From contig CM052818.1 in the NCBI GenBank assembly GCA_028534125.1, positions 5,954,001-6,018,000 of the forward strand: a stretch of 64,000 nucleotides of DNA, given 5' to 3'. Positions within the stretch are counted from its first letter, which is position 1; the number at the start of each line of letters is the position of its first letter. This DNA comes from Lama glama (Eukaryota). The notes beneath the pieces are model-generated. The model was not told where the DNA came from and made no database searches. It saw nothing but the letters and a program-made list of their open reading frames with translations. Below are positions 1 to 13,323 of this stretch, piece by piece. The position numbers were made by a program, and so were the translations under genes.

Positions 1-347
1 TAAATAAAAATCATTGTATTGCACTTAAAATACTGAACTAGATTTTATACCATCTTTTAAAAATGTATGACTATCATGGTAATGCTTATTAAAAATGATC
101 TTTTTCATGCCTTTTCTGATGTTCAGTGACTCTTTGCCTTGACTATAGCCCAAGGGTGCCCAGATTTTGACTTTCACAGGCTGGTCAAACAAAATGTGAA
201 TAACAACAAAAACAAAAACAACAGGTACAGTAAATATAGTAATAATAAGAGGGGACTGACATAAGACTTGGAACTTTAAAACTTTTAATTTATTTTCTAA
301 TTGCATAAGTAGTAGCTAAATGCATTCTTTTTATTTAAAAAATGTAA

Positions 348-423
348 ACAATGTTGCGTTATTTTCAGGTGTACAGCATAGTGATTCTGTTATTGTAAAT
401 CAACTATACTTCCATTTAAAAAA
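348..423 (+). mobile_element. Tiny LINE-1 3'-terminal fragment with 5' inversion
   Basis: 348-392 (acaatgttgcgttattttcaggtgtacagcatagtgattctgtta) is the antisense L1 3'UTR end. 392-423 (attgtaaatcaactatacttccatttaaaaaa) is the sense terminal L1 sequence plus an A-tail. Both match other L1 tails in this window (5879-6077, 58810-59090). Confidence 0.7.
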
Positions 424-1144
424 GAGGCAAAATTAGGGTTTAAAAAGGCAAGTCTACAAGAAAGGATAAATGGAAACCTTATCATGTTTTCACTACAGAT
501 GAGTGAAAATTTCATCAAGGATGAGCCTGGTGCCAGAATCTGATTTGGAGAACCTGTGCCTGAATCTAGCCTCAAAAACAAAAGAGCTCTTCTTCCGAAT
601 CGCTCTTCTGAAGGAAACAAGGGAAGGTGGCAGGTCAGGGTGGCCGATTTCTCTTATCTGCTGAGGTGCTTGCGGGCCCCACCTCCTGCTCCCGTAGGAG
701 GCGCCAAAGGGGAGACTTAGCTGTGGGCCAGGCTGCGTGCACTGCCTGGGACTGCCTGCTCGCACCAGCGAGCTCTGGCTGCTTCTTGCTCTCAAGAACT
801 GCTGGCTTCTGAGTGTGGGGCTGCTTCCTAAATTGTGGCTGGTGTCCCTGGGAGTATAGCAGACGAACTTATGAGGTGGCAAATAGACAAACGTTCTTCA
901 TTTGTATGTATGTCCAATATAATATATATAATATTCAGTATAAGCTTCTTCAATATATAATACTACATGTTAGTTTAATATTCATTACAGAAAAAGAAAA
1001 TCCAAAGATATTTAATATCTAATGGAAGAGACATGGGTTGATTGAAAGAAAAATATTTGAAATTGGATCTGCACATACCGACAGAAAAAAAAATCAACGA
1101 AGTCGAAGTAAAGGAGGTTCTCTCATGATTTCCTCAGCCTTTTT

Positions 1145-1270
1145 TGAATCCCAGTCTCCTCATCTTTCAGACGGACTTGGTAATACCTCCCTCACTGGAA
1201 TGTCATGACGAGCAGATGGTGCAGACCTTAGAAAGGGCCGGGCACACACAGGATGTGAATAAATGAGGTT
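1145..1270 (+). mobile_element. MIR SINE fragment
   Basis: cagtctcctcatct...taatacctccctcac...gggcacacacagg...aataaatg resembles the MIR core and 3' end. Confidence 0.55.
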
Positions 1271-4137
1271 TTTCACTTTCTTCTCTTCTACCCCAAGAGT
1301 CCCTTCTCTAGGTCCTAATCCAGAGTCGCATTCTCAGAGTTAAAAAATTCTGTTACTCAGACCCTAAGGTGTTAACTGCCAACAATTCTATCTGCATTAA
1401 AATTGTGCAGGTTCTAAAAACTCTTGAATCTTCTACAGGAAAACCAATGAATCTCTTAGTGATGGAATTTCAGGCCCAGAGATGAAATTCTTGAGGAGGG
1501 AGATACTTCTAGAGGCAGAAAAAGAACACTATGCAGATTTTTTGTTAGGCCTGAATGGAGCACAGGAGAATCCATGCTTGCAGTATTTCAGTGAACAGTT
1601 GTCACTTCCTCTGGGCCCAGGTATTTACTCTCTGACCTACAAGGCCAAGGCAGAAATCTATTAAGATCTGAAAAGAAGTATTTGTTGGAAAAAAACGAAA
1701 CCAGCTATAGCTACTCATCTAGAAATAATCCAGGGGCTGTGCGAGCTCCTGGTTCAGTTTTGAACTGGGCTTTATTTTCCAGTGGACTGGAATGTGCAAA
1801 GAAGCCTGGCTTGCAGGAATCTCCCACGGGCCTCCCCGAGATCCTTTGTGAAAATGTAAGTTATACTTATTCTCACTTGGAGTGAGAGCGTTGTATATTG
1901 TCTGGAAACAATTAGAGGTATTTTTCCATTTTGATCTGACAACCTCAGACACATAGGCAATTGTGGGGGTGGGGTGGGGGTGGTTAGAAGTTCTACTGTT
2001 AACTATTTAAACAGTTAAAGTATTAAAACTGATTAAGTCGAATATGCTTGGAGCCCCAAAGGGTGGGGGCTGATGGAACAGGGAGGCTCAGAAAGGTTTA
2101 AAAGTCACCAGGAAGAAAAATCTTGGAGCTCTGGAAAATATTTTGTCACTGCTAATGATTTTCCAAGACCCTCCAGGAAAATAGTGTGACAATACAAGGC
2201 CATTGGGGGGAAGGCTTGAGCTGACATCAGAGGCTGCCTGGGGACCTGGGAGACTGCAGGTGAGCCCGGCATCACCTGGTTTAAGGTGTGACACCAGTAC
2301 TATGACCCTGGACCAGACTGCAAAGAAAGAGCTGCAGAGCGATAGGTCTTTTTGTAAAGGTGTGCCAGTCTCCTGGAGACTGCATTTGGATTGTTAAAAA
2401 GAGAATTTATGGTGGTTTACCTGTTGCTTTGTTTTGAAAGAAGGCTGGAGTGGAAAGAGGTCAGGGAGGGGTCAGGGCAGCCCGAAAAATTGCTTGGGGG
2501 ACGTGGCCAGTGTGGACAAGGGATCGGTAGAACCCGGGGCTACCTCAGCAGGCCAGGTTTGTGAAAACCCTTTTCAACTTTATTTCAAAACTGAAGTTAG
2601 AGGCAAATGTTCCCACCTCTCGGCTGTTTGTCAATGAAGTCCAAATTGCCAAGTGCCATGGAGGACGACTGTGTCAACAGAACAAGGCTTTGCATCTGCC
2701 AAATGGTAGTCAGCAAAGGGACCTCTCACGTTTGTGTTTTCACAGCTCTGGTCTAGTGGATCCTTGCGGCAAACCTGGAGGGAAGCGGGAAGGTGTCGCC
2801 ATTTCAAAGGTGGAAACGTGGGGGCTCGGAGAGGTGGGGTGCAGAGCTGGTGAGCGGTGGAGTGAGGATGCACGGCTGGTCCTCCCACTGCACTCAGTCC
2901 CTGTGCCCACACCGCGTGTGGCTGCCAGGCTGCCTCGGTGGAGAGCCTGGGCTGTGCAGTGAGCTCGTGGGGGCAGGGCGAGGTGGGGCCCGTAGGACAC
3001 AGCTGTCCCTTCCTTTCCCTGCCTGCCTTTCTTCTTTCCCTGCTTCCTCTGCACGTGTCTGCAGCCTCCCGATTATAAAGGAGCAAGAAGGACAAGCGAT
3101 CAGCCTTGGAGCAGAAGCAGAATACAAAAGCTACAGTGTGAGATGCCCGGGGTCCTAAAGTTCATACTGGGTAAGATAGCTCTTCAGAACACACTTTCTA
3201 AAATAGTAAAATTCCTCAGAACATCCCTGCAGATCCATCAGTAGATCAGGTCAGGAAGAGGAAGGCATCTCATTTTTTCCCACTGAGCATCTTAAGACCT
3301 TAAGGATCCTTGAAAATATACCCTCTTCTTTACCAGCTTTTTTTTTTTTCAAGGAGAGGTTGAATATTTTTCTTATGCAATAAGAAGCCAAGTAGCATTA
3401 AAGACTTGAACTATTAATAACATTGATTCTGTGCTGAAGAAAGCTGGTTAGTCTTTTCTTAGAAGATGAATTTATGTCTAATCACAAATCTCTTAACTTT
3501 GATCAGAGACAAACCTTACCGTTGATAATATTTGGGCCTGTGGTTTGGGGGTCAGGTTGACAATAGACCGCTCCCATCCGTGATTCTGGAGCTGGCAGCC
3601 CCACCCCCGCCAGCCTCTGTGGAAAGCGGGGCAGTGGTAAGCAGAGTGGGCTTCCAAGGAGAGGAAAAGCAGGAGTGCCCGAGACAGGTGCTGGAGCTCG
3701 GTGATTAGCAGGACCTTTTGGTCCCTGATTCTGCATCTCTTTATTCTCATCTCACGTACAACTTGAATCAATGTGTTTAACACATTTTCTCTATTCCTTG
3801 ACAAATTTGGAGGAGGTAAGAGACTGGCTCACAGAAAAGAAGTAAGAGTTGAGAGACTAACAACAAAAGCAGCACAAAACCCCCAGGACACAGGCATGAG
3901 AACTACAGATATTCATCATCCGGGGCCGTTAGTCCAGCCGCAAATACTGCCACCCACCCCAACAGGCTTTGAAGTCAACACAGTCCTTCTACCCTGTGTA
4001 ATATTTGAACTTCCAAAGGAGGAGTCAGATTCGATTCAGCACACACTACTTGAGAAAACGGGAAACGTATAGTATTACTGAAAATTATTTTTATCTAAAT
4101 GACAATGAATCTGTTTAACAATAAGCAATAGGCTCTA

Positions 4138-4640
4138 TTGTTTTTTAACTTGTGAAAAATACATATAAAATTTACCCTTTTAACTGTTTATAAGTGCACA
4201 GTTCAGTAGCATTAGGCATTTTCCCATTGTTGGGCAGCAGATCACCAGAACTTTTTCAGCTTGCACAACCGAAACTCTTAAACTCCGTAAACAACTTCTC
4301 ATTTTCCCTTCCCCCCAGTCCGTAGTAACCACCATTATATTTTCTGCTTCTCTGAATTGGACTGCTCTAGCTACCTCATATAAGCGTTTTCATACTGTAT
4401 TTGTCTTTTGTGACTAGCATTTCACATAGCAGAATGTCCTCGGGGTTCATCCATGTTGTAGCATGTGACAAGGTTTCCTTCCTTTTTAAGGCTGAGTAGT
4501 ATTCCACTCTGTGTACAGAGCACATTTTCTTTATCCATTCATCTGCCGATGGACACTTGGGTTGTTTCCTGGCTCTTGTGAACAGCTCTGCTATGAATGT
4601 GGGTGTGTGGGTATCTCTTTGAGATCCTACTTCATTGTTT
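4138..4640 (-). mobile_element. Old LINE-1 (L1MB-like) 3' end with ORF2 C-terminus remnant
   Basis: ORF 4376..4816(-) contains TPTFIAELFTRARKQPKCPSADEWIKKM...EYYSALKRKE...ATTWMNPEDI, the L1 ORF2p C-terminal motif. A eutherian L1 3'UTR follows. Confidence 0.85.
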
Positions 4641-5878
4641 TTCAAAGAAGTAGTTCTTCTGCTACTCAGAAAAATAGGACTTACCAAAAATAACTTTAAA
4701 ATGAGTGCCTTTTTATTTAAATTATTTACAGAGAGCTGAGTTTTCTTTACAATAAGTGCTTCTGTGCAGGACCCTAGTAGCTGGGTTCGGGATGTTCCAG
4801 GACTGCCCATCTTCATCTCTGTCTCTGAACGAGCATCTCATTCTCAGCCAGGGCTGATCCGTTTTTTTCCTGCATAAGTTTTGCGGGCATTCTTTCCTTT
4901 CCACGTGCCTCTGCTTCCACCCCATGACCTTCTCTTCCCTAAACAGAGAAAAGTCCTGACCTGTCCTGGGCCCAGCCCCGTCCTCACCTGGAGGGGACCA
5001 CCCCCGCCTCACCTCATTGGTTATCATTATTATGTCATCCAGATCAATCGCTGGGCACTCGCGCTGTTGTAACTGTCGCTTTGATCATTCGTTACACTTT
5101 GTTAGTCCTCATCAGACCCAGGCCCCACTAATCGGAAACAGCGGCCTTCCAAAAGCAAGGCAACCCGGTGACCAGGGGCAATTACCACATTGTTTGGTTT
5201 TTAAATTAGTCCCTTCTTGATGCTCTGATCACCGTCCGGGCGCTGGGGACTCAGAGACCCAGGGGGTGCCTGCTGCTCGTGCCTCCCGCAGCCGGCCTGG
5301 AGTCCTGCAACACCCTGCCGCTGGTTCCCCATGGAGGGCGACCCCAGTGAGCTGAAGAACACGGTCCGTGATGGAGAGGCTCAGCCTCCTCAGGAAAGGG
5401 AGTCCCTGCCGGGCTTTCTCGCCCACGGGTGTTGACACAGAGGGCAGTCCCCGCCGTACTGCCTTCCTCTGGAAGGAGCTCTGGGACCTGATCGTCAGGA
5501 CCCAGCCACACAACAGCAGGGCTCGTGGCTCAGCAGAAGCCCATTCCCTTCTGGCCTCCACCCAGCAGGGGTGCCAGATCGGGGTGAGCGGGGCAGAGGC
5601 AGCCCTTCCTCGGGTTTCCACGGAACCGAGGAGGAGCTCCAGCCTCCAGCTCAAATGCCTGGCCCGGCCCTACAGAGGGGTGTGAGAGGGCCATTTGGCA
5701 GGACATTAAAGGTCAACCTATGCATTTTCCAGCACATCATTGTCTTTAATGTCAGTGTTTCCCCAAACTTCAGGCATTTCAGTGCTACTTTTATGTTTTG
5801 CCGTGCACAATCCTCTTTTATTTTGAAAGAATTATTTAAAAGGAACTATTTCATACTTTGAATAGAAAGCAAGTATTT

Positions 5879-6077
5879 AAAAAGTTTTTTTAATTGAATT
5901 GTAGTTGGTTTACAATGTTGTGTTAGTTTCTGGTGTACAGCATAGTGATTCAGTTATACATATATATATGTATAACTATATATATATATTCTTTTCATAT
6001 TCTTTCTCATTGTAGGCTATTCCAAAGTATTGAACATAGTTCCCTGTGCTATACAGTAGAACCTTGCTGTTCATTGA
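5879..6077 (-). mobile_element. 5'-truncated young LINE-1 (cetartiodactyl-type 3'UTR tail) with 13-bp TSD
   Basis: ttttttaattgaattgtagttggtttacaatgttgtgttagtttctggtgtacagcatagtgattcag...atagttccctgtgctatacagtag, flanked by an exact direct repeat aaagcaagtattt at 5866-5878 and 6078-6090. Confidence 0.9.
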
Positions 6078-8214
6078 AAAGCAAGTATTTCTTGTCTACT
6101 TTCCAGCAATGATGTTTAAAAATGTCATTTATTCCCATACCAGTGAACACCTGCCCCACCGGTTAGCCCACAGATGAATACCCCTCACCCCCCTGCTGGT
6201 CCAGCTATAGCTTCGGTCATGACTGGGGCAGGACAGCTTGGTGGCCTCTGAACAGTACAAGTTGGATCTGGTGGATTACTATTGCTAATGAGCAATGGTA
6301 GTGTATCCCTTTTAAGTTAAGGATTTCTATTATGTAGGTATGGGAATGCCTTGTCTTGGAGGAATGACTCTGATGGTTCACTGACAGGCTGTGTGGAATA
6401 GAATGGGAGTACTGGGGGCCGGGCATTTACTGAACTCCTCTTGGCCCATGTGGGGCAATGTCCTGTCTTCTCATGCCTGCTGGGTACCCACCAGACCTGA
6501 TGTCCTTTCTGCTCATCCTCTCCCTACAGACTCCACCCACTCTCTTCTGGGACATGCATCAACTCTTAAACTTTTATATTGGCCAGAAGATTGGCATTCT
6601 TCTGTAATAAAGCTTCTACTCCCAAGAGGTCCACTTGGGGAACTTCCACCTGTGTCCCAGCACATCCCAAGTCTGCCGTCTTAGATTTCACGTGGTGCAA
6701 GTGTGGCCCAAATTGGAGCATTTCTTAAGCTCGTAGGTGGAGAGATTTAAGTTCCTTAAGGGCACATTTCATAGGCAGTGCGTACGAAGAAATACATTAA
6801 GCTCCTGCTTTCCATCTTCCCTCTCAAAAGCTGCAGTTATCAGGAGGGACACAGCTCAAGCATGCCTTTTGATTTAAGGTAAAAAGGAGATATTTTGTTT
6901 TTCAGTAGGGCAGAATATATCTTAATGTAGTAATTGAATTTAGTTCTATTTAGTCTAGTTTGATGGGGGTAGGTCCAGAGTGGGGAGGGAGGGATTGACA
7001 TCGTTTAATACTTAACAGATGGATAGAAAACAAAAAGTTTAGGAGATAAGAATGTCAGAAGGTTACCAGCAGCTGCGGGTATATAGTATAATGGCATTTA
7101 TTGGAAAAGTTAGGCCTGTGTTTGTTAATACATGTCTCTTTTTTATATTTTAGATTTACAAATTATTAAGAGGGAGAGCTGTCTTTTTGGCTAAATCTTG
7201 AGTAGACTGCTGTGTTCCAAAAAGGTATCTTTGTGTTTCATGTGAGCTGTGCCTTATCATGCAAGAAGATGTTTCTGCTCTTGAATGGTAGAGAATTCGT
7301 GGTAGTGTGGTAGTAAGTCGCTAGCATATTAACTCTGTGAAGTAGCAGTCATTGCCTTCTATTCTCAAATTTGGCTTTCTGAAGATCATTAAACAATTAT
7401 AGGAGGGAGAGTAAACTCCTGGACATGTGCATTAATTTTCATGTCATGAGACATGAAATTCTACTTCTAAGGGAGCTCATTAGGCAAGGGCTACCTTTAT
7501 ACTCTGGAAAGCATACATTGCCACTGCAAGTAGAGGAAATTACCCCACTGGAAGTTTCTAATAGAAGCCTCTTGATACCAGCTCCTCTTGCATTGTGTCT
7601 TTTACCTAATGTGGAATCAGGTCAAAATGACTGCAGGTGTTGAGGGATGATGTGAGCCTGACAGGAGGAGCTTAGCGTTTGGAACCTTCACAGAGTCTGA
7701 CGCAGTGACTTCCTCAGGGATGCTGGTCAGCGCTTAACCCAGGGATTCAGCCTCCCCAACTTCCCGGTGGAGATTCAGTTGCTTAACTGTTTAGCAGGGG
7801 TTCTTTTAAAAGCAGTGAGTTAGTTATTGCCTGAAAAGAGGACTGAAGATATACTAGGTGTGATTACAGGTAAATTGAGGAAGCCTACTTCTATGCACAC
7901 CTCCTGTAAAAACCATTAGATAATTCTTTGGGTCAAAAGGACAATGCATTAGGATAAATAAGGAGGAAATAAGAGAAGTCACTGAAGGGAAAGTGGAACT
8001 CTTGACAGGAACTCCACGTGAGGTAGGATGGATTGGTTCTAGGGTTACATGGGGTTGCCAAAGGAAAATAGATTTGTGGGGAGGGCGGTAGGAGGGGAAG
8101 GATGGTAGGCTATTGATGAGAACCTGGCTAAACAACTGAAGCTCCAGGAACTTAAATATAAAATCAAACATGGTATTTCCATAAAGCATCAACTTTTTCT
8201 GTCTTGGAAGTAAG

Positions 8215-8535
8215 TCATATTCAATCAACAGTTATTTGTTGGGTGTCTGATACCCATTTATTAACTACATTACGGTTGGGAGACAAACTAAAGGGTGAGA
8301 AGTAAGGAGTCCCAGACCTCAAGGAATTCGTAAACTCATCAGGGGAGCCAAGGGTTAGACAGAGCACGAGACTCGAAGAGAGAAATACAATCAAGAAATG
8401 TAATCAAGGGCAAGTGCTAAGTTTTGTGGGAAAGGGTGCATCTGCGAAGGCCGGGGCTCTTACTAACAGAAAACTTTGCGGCTAATAGTCAAAGGCTTTA
8501 CAGGGAGGTGCTGTCTGACTGAGGTCTTGAAGGCT
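8215..8535 (-). mobile_element. L2 LINE 3' fragment
   Basis: attcaatcaacagttatttgttgggtgtct...cctcaaggaattc...ggctttacagggaggtg...tgaggtcttgaagg is typical antisense L2 3' sequence. Confidence 0.55.
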
Positions 8536-8599
8536 TTTATTGTTCACCAGTTTTAGATGGAAAATTCTTCCACTATAAGCCATTTCTGTCTCAGGTCAA

Positions 8600-10110
8600 G
8601 ATTGTTATTTCTCACTCTTTCTTTGCAGATTCTTCAATGACTTTCCCCTTAAATACTGGTATCCTTCAAGTTTTGTACTTGACTGTCCTTTTCTACTCAC
8701 AAAACCGAACACTAACAATGTGATGGGTTGAAAACTCAAACGAGACCCAGAAGTGAAAAGGTGCCACAAAAAAATATGAGTCCGGTAGATAGGAGACAGT
8801 AAGGAGAAAAATGTAAAAGAAGAGTTTTTGCCTGCCTAAAGGCATTCAAATTTAAGTTAAAAAGTATGCATATATGTATATGTATGTATATGTACAGAGT
8901 TCTTGCTCAGTCAGTCACCTCTACTCTCTGGAATTTGGTTTGTCAGTGAGTGCTCTATGATCTATCTACTGACTTCTCCTAAACTGCTAAGCCTGAGCTC
9001 TTCTGCTGAGTTTCAGTTTGATTGCTCTGAGTAGATCATAGTCACCTGCATGGGAGTCACCATGCATGGAATATCTTAAACCAGGGGTTGACCCCTTTGG
9101 GCCAAACCCAACCCATGCTCCCACCCCATTCCACTGGAACACAGCCACATTCCTTTACACACTGTCCACGGCGGCCTTGACCCTGTAGAGGCAGAGCTGA
9201 GCAGCAGTGACAGAGATCACTCAGCCAGCGAAGCCTCACATATTTACTGTCTGACCTTTTATAGGAAAAGTTTGCCAAACCCTGCCTCATACCAACATGT
9301 TCCCTAATGAACTCATCCTTTTCTCCTCCACACCAAGCATCTATTTGCTCTGGAGTCCTCTGGTTCCTTCCTCTCCCTTATCTCCTTCATCTAAGATGTC
9401 CCGAGACTTCACGTTGCTCGTACCTCCCGCCGCTCTGCATTTCTCCCACTCCAGCCCTGGCTCAGCCCTCCCCATTCTCACCCCTCTTAGAGCTGGCATC
9501 TCTGCATGAATGCCAGATTACTTTTATCTGATCACGTTACTTCCTTGCCTAGAATCCTCCAGTGATGCCCGTTTCCTCCTGGATAAAATACTTCTTCCCA
9601 GTGATGCAACGATGCAATCCCCTCTCTCATTTATGTCCCCTCCTACATGTTTAGCGTCATCTCTTCCATTCTCTCACTTGCTCTCTCAAGTCTGTCTGGC
9701 TAATGGATTTATCATTGCTTTGAATAAGCTATCCGCTCCCTCCTGCCTCTGAGAGATGCACATCCTGTTTTCCTTTTATCTCTTGGCTTCATATCTAAGA
9801 AACTTAATTGTCAAAATTCAACTTTAGCATCAATTCCTTTGTAGCACTGTCCCATCCCTGACCTCTCCTCCCTCTGCGCTGCACCCTGGGCCCATCAGAG
9901 TTAGGGCCCCCTTCTTCTGAGTCTGTAGTGCGTCCCATATAACTGTGTTAGAGTACACATCAAATTGCATGTAGTTCTAGATGTGTTTGGCTCTCTCTCT
10001 CTTTACTCTAGGTGTGAACTCCCTGAGGGGTGCTATCTTATACATTTCTATCCTTAGAAGCTATCATAATGCTTGCCAAATATTAGGTGCTCAGTGAATG
10101 TTCAGTGAAG
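8600..10110 (+). mobile_element. Fragmented L2 LINE, interrupted by MER58A
   Basis: Pyrimidine-rich L2-like blocks ending in the L2 3' terminus (cataatgcttgccaaatattaggtgctcagtgaatgttcagtgaa). Confidence 0.6.
9082..9284 (+). mobile_element. MER58A hAT-Charlie non-autonomous DNA transposon
   Basis: Terminal inverted repeats caggggttg...tttgccaaaccctg, with internal ggaacacagccac and atatttactgtctgacctttt matching the MER58A consensus. A second copy lies at 62817-63029. Confidence 0.85.
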
Positions 10111-10259
10111 CAGATTACAAGTCATTAAGTCTTTAATAAACAAGGACTAATCCCTTGCTGGTACACAGAACATTTGCTGGAGGACCACCAGCCTTGGACA
10201 TAGGTTGTAAATACAGGTCTATGGTTGATTAAATGATGGGTTAACTCAGAAGCGCAGAG

Positions 10260-10600
10260 AGCCTTTTGAAATGCAAATCACACCATGTTATTGCCATTCT
10301 TAAGACATCCCATGGCTTCCCGCTGCACTTAGAATAAAACTCAAGCTGTCTGATTTGGCGGTCTAACCTCTCACTACCGACCTATCTCCAGTTTCTCTAG
10401 AGCACCACTCTTTTTTGCCTTGGGTTCTTTGCACCGGCTTCCCATTTTCCTGGAAGGCTCCTTTCCTCTTCCTCTGCCCAAATCTTATTCCTCCTGCCTG
10501 TCACAGCCCTGAGGTGACATCCTCTGAGGGGCTTCTCTGATCTAGGGTTTTCTGTTCCTTGAGCCTGGTGGATGCTCAATAAATATTTAGTGCATAAGTG
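10260..10600 (+). mobile_element. L2 LINE fragment
   Basis: aaatgcaaatcacaccatgt...catggcttcccgctgcacttagaataaaactcaa and the 3' end gatgctcaataaatatttagtg. Confidence 0.6.
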
Positions 10601-10641
10601 AAAGTTATAAATGACTTTATTTATGAAGTCTTTGAGTATAG

Positions 10642-11022
10642 TTTTTTCTTCCAGTTTTATTGAGATATAATTGTCATACAGCACTGCGTAAGTTTAATAC
10701 ATGCAGCATAATGATTTGACTCACATAAGTCATGAAATGATTATCACCATAAATTTAGTGAACATCCATCATCTCATACAGACACAACATTAAAGAAATA
10801 GAAAAAAATATTTTCCGGGTGATGAGAGCTCTTAGGATTTACTTTCTTAGCAGCCTTCATGGATAACATACAGCAGTGTTAATTATATTTTTCCTGTTGT
10901 ACATTACATCCCTAGAACTTACTTACCTTTCAACCGGAAGTTTATGCCTTTTAATTGCCCTCATCCAATTCTCCCTTCCCCCACCCCTCGCCTCTGGTGA
11001 CCACAAATCTGATCTCTTTTTC
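10642..11022 (-). mobile_element. LINE-1 3'UTR (L1MA9-like / laurasiatherian)
   Basis: ttttattgagatataattgtcatacagcactgcgtaagttta...gatgagagctcttaggatttact...cctctggtgaccacaaatctgatctc, with a degenerate flanking repeat tgagtatagtttt/tgggtatagcttt. Confidence 0.8.
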
Positions 11023-11039
11023 TGGGTATAGCTTTCATT

Positions 11040-11740
11040 TGGGGAGAAAAAGTTTTCTAGAAATGGGACTTACGATTCAAAAAGCTCATACTTTTTATAT
11101 ATGTTTTCAGGATTTTGACATGTACTAGAGAAGTTTTGGCAATTTATATCACTCCCAGCAGTAATAATGGATGTTAATTTATCCTTTAATGTTAATTTTG
11201 TCAGGTAGGTGGGTGAAAGCTGTATCTTGCTATTGATGTTATTTGTACTTCTTTGATAACTAGTGAATTTTTCTTATGCCATGAGGCATCTGTACTTCTT
11301 TTCTTGTATGTGTATATGTGTGTATATATCCATTGCCTAATATCCATTGTTGAGAAACAGCCATTTGAAATTTTTAACCTTAATATTGTTTTCTAACAAA
11401 GATATTTAAAATGTGTATGTAGTTCAATATATTAGTTTTTTCCTGTGAAATTTCTGTCTTTAATGTCATTATGAAATGTACTTTCCCCTAAAGATTATAT
11501 GGATATTTTCTTATATCTTAATGGTTTCATATATATATATATATGATATACTATATTATATATATTTAAATACTTTCAAAAATGATTTTTAGTATACATA
11601 GAGATGTCATTTTAATTTTTCCACTATTTTTACAGTGTATCAAAATTGCTTATTGAATAATTAATCCTTGCCTTAGTGATTGGAAATATCTTGTTTCTGA
11701 CATAACAAGTATGTTTTCATAAATACAAGTATATTCAGGC
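11040..11740 (-). mobile_element. Very old LINE-1 (L1ME-like) ORF2 remnant
   Basis: AT-rich antisense L1 motifs: caatttatatcactcccagcagt, gggtgaaagctgtatctt, ttctttgataactagtga. Confidence 0.55.
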
Positions 11741-12999
11741 TATCTCCCTCCATCAGCCCCCATGACCTGAAAGCCAAGGAGATGGCAGAGGCTAACTCTG
11801 TTCGCAGCACCATCCTCTCCAGAGACACAGCCAACAAAGGCATCATCCAGCTCAGGTCATGGTCAGTGAAACAGAGGGAGTGACTTGTGTTTTTGCCATC
11901 TAGAGACTGTGAGTGAAACTAATACACAGGATTACATTTGAAACCCACATTTGGCATTAGATTTATTTTCCAATCAGAAAGGGGAACCGCACTTCCAAAA
12001 TATTTGGGCCAGTTAGTACGCGTGAGTCCAAAGACAGCACGGAAAATCTTGGTGTTGAGGCACATAATAGTAATGGAGCTCACAGAAGGAGGTTGGCTAA
12101 ATTATGGGAAAAGTGACTTCTGCAAGGCCAAGTCTTACTGTGTAAAATCCATCCTGCTCAATCCCATCTCCCACCCTCAGCCCCAAACCTCTCTTTTGAA
12201 CACTCACATTAGTGTTCTGGCTTCTTGCCCGAGAACTTGAAAATGAAAGGATGAAAAGTGAGCTTGATGTTCCTTGCTCGGCACGAGTAAGTCCCCTTTC
12301 TCCTTCAACACAGGCCGAGGAGTTCCACTGGGGATTAAAGAGTAAGAACCCAGTGTTTGTAACAGAGTGATTTGAGGGCAGCATCACAAGGATTTAGTGG
12401 GCGCCATAACAAGAGGGGCCCCCTTTGGCCCCCGGGGTCTGTTCCCCAGACTTCAGCCATGCTGTTTTCACATATGGGAAAATCAGGTAGAGTTTTCTTT
12501 CCAACCTTAACATCCTCTGGTTAAACCATATGCTTGCATTTCTCAGCCACTTCTGTCCAAATATGTTTTCCTAATGAGGCATTATATTCCTATGAAGTCA
12601 AGCTGTTTTTCCTCAAAAAGAGTATTTTGTTTAAAAAAAAAAACCCACAAACTATTAGTGTGTGGACAATAACATCATTATTATTATTTTTTTTTAGTCT
12701 GTGATGATACTTTCAAATATTGGCAGCCACCAATTATAAATTTATTTGTGTTCCCCAAACACATTTTTTGGAACATGTTTCCCCATAGAATTGGTTACAT
12801 GCAATAGGTTTCCAGGCTAGCCCCTACAATTGTGCCTAATTAAGTGAAAAAAAAGTTTATAATAATACTGTTGCAATGGTCCAAGAAAAATAAAACTGAA
12901 AGCTTTAGAAATTACTAAGATGAAATGACAGTGTGACAGAAGAAACAAAGCCCAAAAAGATTACAGGGGAAAAAAAACCCCCAGTAATTAAATACATGG

Positions 13000-13323
13000 A
13001 AAAAAAACCCCCAAAAGTCACAGATACAGAGAACAGATTGGTGGTTGCCAGAGGAGATGGGGGTTGGGTGAAATGGGTGAAGAGGATTAAGAAGGACAAA
13101 ATTCCACTCATAAAATAATTAAGTCACACAGATGTAATGTACAGCATGGGGAGTATGGTCAATAATATTGTATTAACTTTGTAAGGTAACAGATGACAAC
13201 TAAGCTTATCGGGGTGACCACTTCACCACATACACCCATGTGGACTCACTATGTTGGACACCTGAAACTCAAATAGTACTGAATGTCAATTTTGCCGGTA
13301 TTAAAACAAGCAAAAACAAAAAT
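13000..13323 (+). mobile_element. LINE-1 3'UTR fragment with A-rich tail
   Basis: cagatacagagaacagattggtggttgccagagg...gatgtaatgtacagcatgggga...ggacacctgaaact...aaaacaagcaaaaacaaaaa. Confidence 0.85.

Noticed and set aside
482..543. Possible terminal exon ctacag|ATGAGTGAAAAT...ATCTGA (MSENFIKDEPGARI*)
   Set aside because: Weak polypyrimidine tract, unrecognised peptide and no supporting upstream exon in the window.
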